Part shown: positions 45,833 to 55,501 of the stretch, piece after piece
Layout: each line of letters begins with the position of its first letter
Numbering within the stretch: the first letter of the stretch is position 1
Source of the DNA: Candidatus Spongiisociaceae bacterium
Lineage (GTDB): Bacteria > Actinomycetota > Acidimicrobiia > Spongiisociales > Spongiisociaceae
Assembly: GCA_965202665.1 (NCBI GenBank)
Contig: OZ241841.1
Location: 768,001-832,000 of the forward strand
DNA length: 64,000 nucleotides
Direction: 5' to 3'
Program-made: the position numbers and the translations under genes
The notes under the pieces: generated by a model
Told to the model about the DNA's origin: nothing
Databases searched by the model: none
The model's input: the letters and a program-made list of their open reading frames with translations, nothing else

Positions 45833-47959
45833 CTAAGACGCCAGTTTCGCCTGCGGCTCCATCAAGGCCAGATCGGAGTCGAAACTGATCCAAGAAGTCT
45901 CCCGCAGGGAAGCCAAGTCGTAGCAGGCCAGGCCTCCATCGGACATGGTAAAGAGGGAGTCGCCCACCACTAAGGAGCGAAGCAGGGGCAACCGGCGCCT
46001 GCGTCCGAACCCAGACATCCATCCACCAAGCGCTGATTCGCGGATGGAAGCGTGATTACGCAACAGTTCCCGTTGCCGTACGCGCTCTTTGGAAACCTCC
46101 AAGGCCAAAGCTCCCGTCCCATCTTCCCTGTACCACCGGTGATTCACAGGGAGCACCGCCAGACGTTTCGGGGCCCAGTAGAGGAAGGCCCGGTGGTCGC
46201 GTTCCGCTTCCGAGGAGGCGCCCTCCAAGGTGAACTGGGCGGTGCGGCGCGGGTTGTCCAAATCGGACACGTCGAACACCGACACCTGCGTCCCGGAGGT
46301 CCACCCCCTTTCGTTGGCGTCCTGTCCCACTCCCAGCAACAACCCGTCCCCTATCGGATGCAGATAAGAGGAGTAGCCGAGAATTTTCAACTCGCCCGCA
46401 GTACGGGGGGCGGTCGGGTCGGACAGGTCGATGGTGTACAACGGGTCGGTCTCCCGGAAGGTAACCACGTATCCGATCTTCCCCATGAACCGCACCGCGT
46501 AAATCTCCTCTCCCAGGCCCAAGCCGCCCACCGAACCGACCACCCGCAACCGGTTGCCATCGCGGGCCAGCACATCCACCCGGCTCTCCGAATCTTCGTT
46601 CCACCAGCGGGCGCGCTGGTTGGTGGTGGCGACCCGCAGGAAACCGTCGTGTTCGGACATGGCGAACTGGTTGAGCAAAAACCCATTCACCGTTCCGCTG
46701 GCAACGTACCGGGCCCGGTCCTGCCCGGCGATGTCGAACTTGTGGATGTTGGTGGAGTAGTTCCCCGCCCCGCCCGTCGGTTGCTCGGCGGTCACGTACA
46801 GACTGCGGGAAGAGGCGTAGATGTACCGGGACGAAGCGCGGACATCCTGCTCGCCGGTCATCACCGTGGTCACCCCCTCCGGATTGAGGGAGCCGGTCAT
46901 GTCCACGGTCAGCACGCTAACCATATCCCTCCCGGAGAAGGTTTTCGACACATAGGCGAAGGCGCAGTCGACGAACAAACCTTTCTCAACCGTCTTCCCC
47001 CGCTCATGGATATAGGAGGGAACCCAGTCGGCCAGGGTTGATTCCCGAACCACCTGCCGGTTGAACTCCTTTGCCCGGCTCAACGACTCGTCAGAATCGG
47101 AAGAGGGGAACACGAACTCGGGCAGAGGGGGCGAATGGTGGGTAAACACCGCCGTAACCCGCTCCCCTACCAACCGGGCCGAAACATATTCTCCGCTCAC
47201 CCGCAGGGTTTCGGAGATGTCCATCCGTTCCGGGTCGGAAATGTCGATCAAAACCGCTATTGCCTTGTAGTCGCCCCCCCACTCCTGCAACAGCAACACC
47301 CTGTCGCCGCTCATGAACATCTCCCGCGCCCGCCCATGGGGCAGTTCCAGCGACGACCGCAACTCCGGTATTTCCCCGGCGACGTCCACGTACCACAGCC
47401 GGCCGTCCCCCACGGCCAGGATACGCCGCCCGTCGGTTTTTACTATGTCCGGCTCGTCCACCCCCGCCTCCTGAATGTTGGTGGCGGAAAAGTCCACACC
47501 CTCTTGCGGAGCCCGGAGCGCGACCGATGAAGGTTCGGCGGAAGGAACCGTGCAGTACGCGACCGCCGGATTAATCTCCATATCCGCCATAGCCATCGGT
47601 CGCGGGACCTGATTGTATTGTTCAAAGCCCTGCTCCCGGTAGGCATTCCAACCTCGCCGGTGATTGCGAAGATGTTCGCAGGTCCAACAATCATCGTCCT
47701 CTTCGCACAAGCCGTCTTGGAGGCCGTAGGGGCCTACTTCCTCCATGGCTTCGGCCTGAATGCGCGCCAACAGGGCGGAGGCCGTTTTGGTCGCCACCAG
47801 GGCGGAGGCGGCCATGCCCGCCGGCCCGGCGGCGGTCGGCGGAGCCAGCGTCCGCAACCAGGACCACGGCCCCCTCGCTTGGCTCATCGGCCCCGGGGCG
47901 GAGGGGCGGTCGGCGACAGCTCCCCGCCCGAGGCGGTTCAAAAAGGTTGGTTTCCTCAT
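45833..47959 (-). CDS. Beta-propeller paralog lacking a lipoprotein signal
   Basis: Collinear and highly similar to 42652-44739; AAGGAG before MRKPTF. Confidence 0.88.
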   Translation of the reverse strand: MRKPTFLNRLGRGAVADRPSAPGPMSQARGPWSWLRTLAPPTAAGPAGMAASALVATKTASALLARIQAEAMEEVGPYGLQDGLCEEDDDCWTCEHLRNHRRGWNAYREQGFEQYNQVPRPMAMADMEINPAVAYCTVPSAEPSSVALRAPQEGVDFSATNIQEAGVDEPDIVKTDGRRILAVGDGRLWYVDVAGEIPELRSSLELPHGRAREMFMSGDRVLLLQEWGGDYKAIAVLIDISDPERMDISETLRVSGEYVSARLVGERVTAVFTHHSPPLPEFVFPSSDSDESLSRAKEFNRQVVRESTLADWVPSYIHERGKTVEKGLFVDCAFAYVSKTFSGRDMVSVLTVDMTGSLNPEGVTTVMTGEQDVRASSRYIYASSRSLYVTAEQPTGGAGNYSTNIHKFDIAGQDRARYVASGTVNGFLLNQFAMSEHDGFLRVATTNQRARWWNEDSESRVDVLARDGNRLRVVGSVGGLGLGEEIYAVRFMGKIGYVVTFRETDPLYTIDLSDPTAPRTAGELKILGYSSYLHPIGDGLLLGVGQDANERGWTSGTQVSVFDVSDLDNPRRTAQFTLEGASSEAERDHRAFLYWAPKRLAVLPVNHRWYREDGTGALALEVSKERVRQRELLRNHASIRESALGGWMSGFGRRRRLPLLRSLVVGDSLFTMSDGGLACYDLASLRETSWISFDSDLALMEPQAKLAS

Positions 47960-48335
47960 CGGAATCTCCTTTAGTAGAAGTTGCCCGTTAGCTGTTCGTT
48001 TCGGCGTTTCCGCTTTCCCGTTCACTAACGGATTACCAGACCACTAATACCCTTACCCGCAAAAGGTTGTCAAATCAGATTTATTATTTTATTTATTTTA
48101 TTATTATATAAGATTTTATAGCAGTTTTAAAAAATATTTTACTCAGGAGCGAAAAACCCTGTCGGTGAGCTGCTTCCCGCAAAACCGGGTCGGCGACATT
48201 CTGGCCGAGCGCGCCCAACCCCAGCGTCGTCGGCGAGCGCGGCCGCCCGGTCGGGGTTTCCCTTTTTTTCCCGTATCATTAGCCTGGGCGATGGCCGCCC
48301 AAGACGGAGCGGCGCCCATCCACTTAGGAGAACCT

Positions 48336-49094
48336 GTGAACGACGAGCATCCGCTCTTGGTAATCGAAGACCTGCACGTTGCGGTGGACGGCTCCCCTAT
48401 CTTGCGCGGAGTGGACCTGACGGTGCGGCTGGGGCAAGTGCACGCTCTGATGGGTCCGAACGGCTCCGGCAAGTCCACTTTGGCCAAAGTTCTGCTGGGC
48501 CATCCCGGTTACGAGGTCACCTCCGGGGCCGTTTACTACAAAGGCGAGGACATCACCGACGCCGACCCGCCGGACCGGGCCATGCTGGGAATGTTTTTGG
48601 CCTTCCAGTATCCGGAGGAGATTCCGGGAGTGTCGGTGGTCAACTTCCTGCGCACCGCCCTCAGCAACCGCACCGGCGTCAACTACACCGTCTTGGAGCT
48701 GCGCCTGCGGGTTATGGACGCCATGAAAGAGCTGGGAATGGACTCCTCCTTCGCCGACCGCTACCTGAACCAGGGGTTCTCCGGCGGGGAAAGGAAGCGC
48801 AACGAGGCGCTGCAGATGGCGGTGCTGGAACCGGAGTTGGCGATTATGGACGAAACCGACTCCGGGTTGGACATCGACGCCCTGCGGGTGGTGGCGGACG
48901 GGGTGAAGCGGCTCACCGGCCCGGAGAGGGCCTTTTTGGTCATCACCCATTATCAAAGGCTGTTGGAATACCTGACCCCGGACGCGGTGCATGTGTTCGT
49001 CGACGGGCGGATAACGGAGTCGGGCGGTCCGGAATTGGCCCAAGCTTTGGAGCGGGAAGGCTACGAGTCCCGCCGGGCGGCGGTCGCCTCGTGA
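48336..49094 (+). CDS. sufC: Fe-S assembly ATPase SufC
   Basis: [36 protein letters not shown] and ITHY motifs. Confidence 0.95.
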   Translation: MNDEHPLLVIEDLHVAVDGSPILRGVDLTVRLGQVHALMGPNGSGKSTLAKVLLGHPGYEVTSGAVYYKGEDITDADPPDRAMLGMFLAFQYPEEIPGVSVVNFLRTALSNRTGVNYTVLELRLRVMDAMKELGMDSSFADRYLNQGFSGGERKRNEALQMAVLEPELAIMDETDSGLDIDALRVVADGVKRLTGPERAFLVITHYQRLLEYLTPDAVHVFVDGRITESGGPELAQALEREGYESRRAAVAS

Positions 49095-50320
49095 CCGACC
49101 TGCGCCGCCTCCGGGACGACTTTCCCATCCTCCGCCGCACCGTCAACGGCCGCCCGTTGGCCTTCTTGGATTCGGCGGCCTCCTCCCAAAAACCGGCGCA
49201 GGTGATCGAGGCCATGGCCGGCCTGTACCGCTCCAACTACGCCAACGTGCACCGGGGGGCCTACACCCTGTCCCAAGAGTCCACCGAAGCCTACGAGGAG
49301 GCCCGGCGCAAAGTGGCCCGGTTCCTGAACGCCTCCGACGAGCGGGAGGTTGTTTTCACCCGCAACACCACCGCCGGGCTGAACCACATCGCCTACGGCT
49401 GGGGGCTGAATCGGCTGAAGGAAGGGGATCGCATCCTGACCAGCGTCATGGAGCACCATTCCAACATCGTGCCCTGGCAGATTATCGCCCGCCACACCGG
49501 GGCCGAGCTGGCCTACGCGGACATCTCCGAAGACTTTCGCGTGGAGCCGGAACGGGTGGAGGCCAACTTGGACGAACGGACCAAACTGGTCACCCTGTCC
49601 GGAATGTCCAACGTGCTGGGCGCCATGCCCGACATCCCCGCCATCGCCCGGATGGCCCATCAAGCGGGAGCGGTGATGGCGGTGGACGGGGCGCAACTGG
49701 TTCCGCACGCCCCGGTGGACGTGCAAACCTTGGGGGCCGATTTCCTGGCTTTCTCCGGGCACAAGATGCTGGGGCCGACCGGAATCGGAGTGCTGTGGGG
49801 GCGGTTGGAGATGCTGGAGGAAATGGAACCGGCCGAAGGGGGCGGGGAGATGATCCGCGACGTGACCCTGTACGAGTCCACTTGGGCGGAGGTTCCCCAC
49901 AAGTTCGAGGCGGGCACCCCCCCGTTCGCGGAGGCGGTGGGACTGGGGGCGGCGGTGGATTACCTGTCGGCGGTGGGGATGGAGGCCGTTCTGGAACACG
50001 ACCGGGAACTGACCGCCTACGCCCTGCGGCGGCTGGGGGAAGTGGAGGGCCTGTCCGTGCAAGGGCCGTCCGAGGTGCGGGACCGGGGAGGGGCGGTGTC
50101 TTTTTCCATGGAGGGCATCCACCCCCACGACCTGGCCAGCATCCTGGACCAGGAGGGGGTGGCGGTGCGGGCCGGACACCACTGCGCCAAACCGCTGATG
50201 CGGCGCCTGGAGTTGCCGGCCACCGCCCGGGCCTCCTTCTACTTGTACAACGTTCCCGAAGAGGTGGACGCGTTGGTTTCCGCCTTGGAGACCGCCCGGC
50301 GAATATTCGGTTTGAACTGA
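49091..50320 (+). CDS. sufS: SufS cysteine desulfurase
   Basis: LDSAASSQKP, ANVHRG, EHHSNIVPWQ, SGHKM and RAGHHCA motifs. Confidence 0.95.
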   Translation: MTDLRRLRDDFPILRRTVNGRPLAFLDSAASSQKPAQVIEAMAGLYRSNYANVHRGAYTLSQESTEAYEEARRKVARFLNASDEREVVFTRNTTAGLNHIAYGWGLNRLKEGDRILTSVMEHHSNIVPWQIIARHTGAELAYADISEDFRVEPERVEANLDERTKLVTLSGMSNVLGAMPDIPAIARMAHQAGAVMAVDGAQLVPHAPVDVQTLGADFLAFSGHKMLGPTGIGVLWGRLEMLEEMEPAEGGGEMIRDVTLYESTWAEVPHKFEAGTPPFAEAVGLGAAVDYLSAVGMEAVLEHDRELTAYALRRLGEVEGLSVQGPSEVRDRGGAVSFSMEGIHPHDLASILDQEGVAVRAGHHCAKPLMRRLELPATARASFYLYNVPEEVDALVSALETARRIFGLN

Positions 50321-50321
50321 G

Positions 50322-50774
50322 ATGTCTTTGGAAGAGCTGTACCGCGAGGTCATCCTGGACCACTACCGCAACCCCCGCAACCGGGGGACGTTGGACGACC
50401 CGGACGCCTCCGCCGACGGCTCCAACCCGCTGTGCGGGGATGATGTTCACATCGATCTGGCTTTGGACGGCGAGGTTATCTCCGCGGTGGCGGTCACCGG
50501 CCAGGGATGTTCCATCTCCCAAGCTTCCGCTTCCATGATGAGCGAAGCCGTCAAAGGCGAAACGGTGGCCGCCGTCCGGGATCTGACCGCCCGCTTCAAA
50601 GGAATGATGAGCATCGGGGAGCAGGCCGATCCCGGTTTGGACCCGGAACGGCCGGGGGCGGCCTTGGGCGACTTGGAGGCTTTGCAGGGGGTGCGCAAGT
50701 TCCCGGTGCGCATCAAATGCGCCGACCTGCCCTGGACCACCCTCGCCCAAGCCTTGGACGGCCAACCCGGCTGA
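50322..50774 (+). CDS. sufU: SufU scaffold/sulfur transfer protein
   Basis: LYREVILDHY, NPLCGD, GCSISQAS and RIKCA motifs. Confidence 0.93.
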   Translation: MSLEELYREVILDHYRNPRNRGTLDDPDASADGSNPLCGDDVHIDLALDGEVISAVAVTGQGCSISQASASMMSEAVKGETVAAVRDLTARFKGMMSIGEQADPGLDPERPGAALGDLEALQGVRKFPVRIKCADLPWTTLAQALDGQPG

Positions 50775-50802
50775 ACCCCCGCCCAAAGGGAGGGCGGAGG
50801 GA

Positions 50803-52194
50803 CTACAGCACCCCCCCTTCGGTCATTTTTTTGATGTCCAAGGCGACGTCCAGTTCCGCTTCGGTCATCAGGCCTTTTTCCAACACCACTTCCCGCACGG
50901 TGCGGCCGGTGGCGTGGGCCTGCTTGGCCACCTCCGCCCCCTGGTCGTAGCCGATGTGGGGGTTGAGGGCGGTAACCACGATCAGGTTGGCTTCCGCCAG
51001 GGCCCGGGCCCGTTCCTCGTCGGCTTCTATCCCCTCCACGCACCGCTCCCGCAATACGGCGGCGGCGTTGGCCAGCAGGTCGATGGCTTCCAGCAGGTTG
51101 TGGGCGATCATGGGCATCATCACGTTCAACTCCAGGTTGCCGTTGGCCGCCCCCCAGGCGATGGCCGCATCGTTGCCCATGATGTGGGCCGCCGCCTGCA
51201 TGGCCATCTCCGGGATGACCGGGTTGACTTTGCCGGGCATTATCGAAGATCCGGGCTGCAGGGCGGGCAGCCGTATTTCGGCCAAGCCGGTGCGGGGGCC
51301 GGAGGACAGCCAGCGCAGATCGTTGGCGATTTTGAACAGGGAAACGGCCGCCGCCCGCAGGGCGCCCGAGGCCATCACCACCGCGTCTTTGGCGGCTTGC
51401 GCCTCAAAATGGTCCTCCGCTTCCCGAAAAGGCAGGTCCGTATCCCGGGCGATGAGGGCGATGGCCCGGGCCGCGAATCCGGCGGGGGCGTTGATGCCGG
51501 TGCCGACCGCGGTGCCGCCCAAAGCCAACTCGTCCAGATCGGGCAGGACCGCCACCAGCCGCTCCACTCCCCGCCGCATCTGGGTGGCGTAGCCGGAGAA
51601 TTCCTGGCCGAGGGTGACCGGGGTGGCGTCCATCAGGTGGGTGCGGCCCGATTTGACCACCTCGGCGAACTGCCCCGCTTTGGCGGCCAGGGAGGCGGCC
51701 AGCTCCTGCAGGGCGGGCAACAGGTCTTCGCGGATGGCGGCCGAAGCCGCCAAATGGATGGCGGAGGGGATCACATCGTTGGAGGACTGCCCGAAGTTGA
51801 CATGGTCGTTGGGATGCACCGGGTGCTCCCCCGGGGCCGAACCCAGCAGTTGACAGGCCCGGGCGGCGATCACCTCGTTGGCGTTGGTGTTGGTGGAGGT
51901 GCCGGAACCGGTCTGGAAAATGTCCAGCACGAACTGGTCGTCGTGGTCGCCCGCCGACACTTCATCGGCCGCCTGGGAGACGGCCCGGGCTATCTCCGGC
52001 GGCAGATGTCCCCCTTCGCCCGCCGCCCGGGCCGCCGCGCTCTTGATAAGGCCCAGGGCCCAGATGAAGCGGCGCCCGAATCGCAGGTCGGAGATGGGGA
52101 AGTTCTCCACCGCCCGTTGCGTGGACGCCCCGTACAAGGCCCCCTCCGGCACCCGCACTTCCCCCATGGAATCGGTTTCAATTCGATAGCCCAC
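50803..52194 (-). CDS. fumC: Class II fumarate hydratase
   Basis: [24 protein letters not shown] and [11 protein letters not shown] motifs. Confidence 0.95.
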   Translation of the reverse strand: MGYRIETDSMGEVRVPEGALYGASTQRAVENFPISDLRFGRRFIWALGLIKSAAARAAGEGGHLPPEIARAVSQAADEVSAGDHDDQFVLDIFQTGSGTSTNTNANEVIAARACQLLGSAPGEHPVHPNDHVNFGQSSNDVIPSAIHLAASAAIREDLLPALQELAASLAAKAGQFAEVVKSGRTHLMDATPVTLGQEFSGYATQMRRGVERLVAVLPDLDELALGGTAVGTGINAPAGFAARAIALIARDTDLPFREAEDHFEAQAAKDAVVMASGALRAAAVSLFKIANDLRWLSSGPRTGLAEIRLPALQPGSSIMPGKVNPVIPEMAMQAAAHIMGNDAAIAWGAANGNLELNVMMPMIAHNLLEAIDLLANAAAVLRERCVEGIEADEERARALAEANLIVVTALNPHIGYDQGAEVAKQAHATGRTVREVVLEKGLMTEAELDVALDIKKMTEGGVL

Positions 52195-52273
52195 ATCGCT
52201 CCCTTCGCCGCCGACCTCCCCATCGTACCGGACTCCCCCGCCGCAACCGTCCCGCCGGCCATCGCTTTCAGGA

Positions 52274-53083
52274 TTACACGTCGAAAGGGGTGTCGGTGAA
52301 GAAGTCGGCCGGCTTCCGTTCCGCCGGTTGCGGAGCGGGGGCTTGCAGGCCGAGCCGGGCGCGAACCGCCTCGTAGCCGCCCTCCTCCAAATCGTCGGCC
52401 AAATGCGGGCCGCCCGAATCCACAATCCGCCCCCCCATCATTATGTGCACCCGGTCCGGACGGACGTAGTTCAGGATCCGGTTGTAGTGGGTGATCATCA
52501 CGATCGCCACCTCCTCCCCCCGCATCTCCGACACCGCCCCCGCTACTTTGCGCACCGCGTCGATGTCCAAACCGGAGTCGATTTCATCCAACAGCAGCAC
52601 TTTCGGACGCAACACCGCCGCCTGGAACACCTCCGAGGTTTTCGTCTCCCCGCCGGACAGCCCGCCGTTCACCGCCCGTCCCAGAAACTCCCCCATCCCG
52701 AACCGCTCCGCCTCCGCCGCCATCCGTTTCCGGGTTTCCGCCGGGTCCGTCCCCCGCGCTCCGGCCGCTTCCTCCAAAAACACTTCCAGTTCCAACCCGG
52801 GCACCTCCACCGGATATTGGAAGGCGCACATCAGCCCGGCTTGCGCCCGCTCATCCACCGGCAACCCGTCCAGGGCCGTCCCGTCCACCGTCGCCGAACC
52901 GGACACCCGGTAGCCGGGCTTGCCCGCCAGGGCATGGCAGAAAGTGGATTTGCCGGAGCCGTTGGGCCCCATGATGGCGTGCACCTCTCCGAACGGAACC
53001 CGCAGGTTCACCCCGCTCAGGATTTCCAAGCCGCCCAGCCCGACGTCCAAATCTTCCACAACCAGCGCCGGCCGTCCCATCAT
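52274..53083 (-). CDS. sufC: Second, divergent SufC
   Basis: [34 protein letters not shown] and ITHY motifs. Confidence 0.85.
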   Translation of the reverse strand: MMGRPALVVEDLDVGLGGLEILSGVNLRVPFGEVHAIMGPNGSGKSTFCHALAGKPGYRVSGSATVDGTALDGLPVDERAQAGLMCAFQYPVEVPGLELEVFLEEAAGARGTDPAETRKRMAAEAERFGMGEFLGRAVNGGLSGGETKTSEVFQAAVLRPKVLLLDEIDSGLDIDAVRKVAGAVSEMRGEEVAIVMITHYNRILNYVRPDRVHIMMGGRIVDSGGPHLADDLEEGGYEAVRARLGLQAPAPQPAERKPADFFTDTPFDV

Positions 53084-53394
53084 TCCTCCTCCAACCCGAT
53101 CAGCACCCGCCCCGCATCCACCAGCACCCGGTAAACGGGCACCGGGCGGGTGGCGGGCAACGACAAATGTTCGCCAGTGCGCAAGTCAAACCCGGCCCCG
53201 TGCAACGGACATTCCACCTCGCAGTCGAACACTTCCCCTTCCGCCAGCGACGCCTCGGCGTGACTGCACCGGTCCCCCAAAGCGTAGAAGTCGTCCTCCA
53301 CGCGGAACACGGCCACCTCCCGCCCTCTTATCTCCACCCGGGTTCCGCCCGGCGGGAAGGCGTCCGCCTCGCCCACATCCAACCATTCCATCAT
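53080..53394 (-). CDS. Rieske-type ferredoxin
   Basis: CSH...CPLH motif. Confidence 0.9.
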   Translation of the reverse strand: MMEWLDVGEADAFPPGGTRVEIRGREVAVFRVEDDFYALGDRCSHAEASLAEGEVFDCEVECPLHGAGFDLRTGEHLSLPATRPVPVYRVLVDAGRVLIGLEEE

Positions 53395-54680
53395 CCGCTC
53401 CCGGCGGCCCGCTGGGCGGCGGCGAATTTGGCGGCCACCGTCCGCCGGGCCGGTTCGGCCAAGCCCGGTTCGGCCAAGTCGGACAGTATCTCGTCGAAAA
53501 ATCCCCGCACCAGCAACCGTTCGGCCAAGTGGCGGCCCATCCCCCGGCTCATCAGGTAATAGAGTTGCTCCTCCTCCAACGGTCCGGAGGAAGAACCGTG
53601 CCCGCACTGCAGGTCGTCGGTGAGTATTTCCAGGTTGGGCACCGAATGAACTTTGGCCCCGTCGGAGAGAACCAGGTTGCGGTTGGTTTCAAAAGCGGAA
53701 GTGCCCGTTGCTTCTTTTTCGATGCGCATCAGCCCGGTCCAGATGGCCTGCGCCTTGTCGGCCACCGCTCCTTTCAGGAAAATGTTGGAAGTGGTGCGCG
53801 GCCCCCGGTGGGTGACGAACATCCGGTAATCCAACGTTTGGGAGCCGTCCCCGAAGTAGATGCCGCCCATTTCCACCGAAGACCCGGCCCCGGCCAAATC
53901 GATGCCCATTCGTTGCCGGGCGTAGCCGCCGCCCAAGCCCACCTCCCCTATTTTGATGTGGGAATCCCGCCCGGTGGCGTACCGGTGGTGGGCCACCATG
54001 CGCGCCGCCTCCGACAGCCGTTGCACTACCGTCACGTTCAGGCGCGCCCCGTCTCCGGTGAAGGCTTCTATGACCGGGACGGCCAGCAGTTCCGCTCCCG
54101 GGGCCGAACGGTAGGCCGCCACCACCGACGCCTGCGAGTCGGCCCCCGCCACCACGGTTATGTGGGGGAAAACCGCCGCGCCGGGGGTCACCGCGCAGAC
54201 GTCCGCCACCACCGGGGCGGACGCCGCCCGGCCCGGCGGAATGACAATCACCGCCCCCGGCGGGGCGGACGCTTGGTGGGCGGCCGCGAAAATGTCGGCG
54301 TCGATGGGCGTGGCCGACCCGTAACGCCGCACCGCCTCCTCCGCCCAATCGCCGTTGAACAGGGAGTGCGGGGGCCCCGCCGCCACCTCCTTCTCCGTTA
54401 TCTGAACCGCGGTCAGATGGCCGTCCACCAGGCGGATCAGTGCGCCGGGCTCCGGGAGGGCGGACAAGTAGTCGTCTTCGCCCAACGGGTCGGGGTCGGC
54501 GGGCGGGGGGGCGGGGCGGTAATCGGCCAAGTCGAAGTCGATCTCCGCGTAACGCCATTCCTCCAAGGCGGGGGTGGGCATGACGGCCGCCGCCTGCGCC
54601 GTCCGGCCCGCGTTGCGCCGTTCCGCCAACCAGTCCGGTTCGCGTTCGGCGGGCGGGGCGGTTGTGTCGGAGGTTGTCAT
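53391..54680 (-). CDS. sufD: Fe-S assembly protein SufD
   Basis: EEWRY, NRNLVLS, SVPNLEI..CGHGS and YYLMSRG motifs. Confidence 0.88.
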   Translation of the reverse strand: MTTSDTTAPPAEREPDWLAERRNAGRTAQAAAVMPTPALEEWRYAEIDFDLADYRPAPPPADPDPLGEDDYLSALPEPGALIRLVDGHLTAVQITEKEVAAGPPHSLFNGDWAEEAVRRYGSATPIDADIFAAAHQASAPPGAVIVIPPGRAASAPVVADVCAVTPGAAVFPHITVVAGADSQASVVAAYRSAPGAELLAVPVIEAFTGDGARLNVTVVQRLSEAARMVAHHRYATGRDSHIKIGEVGLGGGYARQRMGIDLAGAGSSVEMGGIYFGDGSQTLDYRMFVTHRGPRTTSNIFLKGAVADKAQAIWTGLMRIEKEATGTSAFETNRNLVLSDGAKVHSVPNLEILTDDLQCGHGSSSGPLEEEQLYYLMSRGMGRHLAERLLVRGFFDEILSDLAEPGLAEPARRTVAAKFAAAQRAAGSG

Positions 54681-54772
54681 CTCGGCTTTCTCGGTCGTCT
54701 CGCGGGAGCCGGGCGCGGCTCTTCGCCTCCAAAAGGCGGGAGGGCCATCGTACATTGAAAAAGGCGCATCTA

Positions 54773-55501
54773 CTAACCCGGCCGGTGGGCGGAGCGCGGG
54801 CGGGCGAGCAGGCGGGCGGCCCGGGCGAACACCGCGTCCAGCATTTCCTCCGTGAGCAGGCCGGTGAAGGTGTTCTGCTGCGAAGGGTGGTAGCAGGCGA
54901 TGAGCAAGGGGGCGTCCGGGCCGCAGTCCACTTCGGCGCCGTGTCCGAAACGCGGTTTGGGGCGGGGGATCTCCCAGCCCTTCTGCCGTCCCAGCCGGAG
55001 CACCTGATCGTAGGCCATCCGTCCCAGGCACACGATGACCCGCGCCCCGCTCAACTCCAGTTCCTCCCGCAGCCAACGGGCGCACGTTTCCCGCTCCTCC
55101 GGGGTGGGCTTGTTGGCGGGCGGGGCGCACCGCACGATGGCGGTCACCGCCGCATCCATCAGTTCCAACCCGTCATCGGAGGCCGTCGAATGGGGCTGGT
55201 TGGCGAATCCGGCCCGATGCAGGGCCCGGAACAGCCAATCCCCGGAGCGGTCCCCGGTGAACATCCGCCCGGTGCGGTTGGCCCCATGGGCGGCCGGGGC
55301 CAGCCCCACCAGCAACAGGCCGGCGGAGGCCTCCCCCAGCATGGGGACCGGGCGGCCCCAGTAGGCTTGCTCCCGGAAGGCGGCCCGCTTGTCGGTCGCC
55401 GTCCGCTCCCGCCATTCCACCAAGCGGGGGCATCGGCGGCATTCCACCAGTTCGGCCTGCAGTCGGGCGCGGGCGGCCCGGATTCGGCCGGGTTCGCTCA
55501 C
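54773..55501 (-). CDS. Family-5 uracil-DNA glycosylase (UdgB-like)
   Basis: [29 protein letters not shown] and HPSQQN motifs. Confidence 0.9.
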   Translation of the reverse strand: MSEPGRIRAARARLQAELVECRRCPRLVEWRERTATDKRAAFREQAYWGRPVPMLGEASAGLLLVGLAPAAHGANRTGRMFTGDRSGDWLFRALHRAGFANQPHSTASDDGLELMDAAVTAIVRCAPPANKPTPEERETCARWLREELELSGARVIVCLGRMAYDQVLRLGRQKGWEIPRPKPRFGHGAEVDCGPDAPLLIACYHPSQQNTFTGLLTEEMLDAVFARAARLLARPRSAHRPG

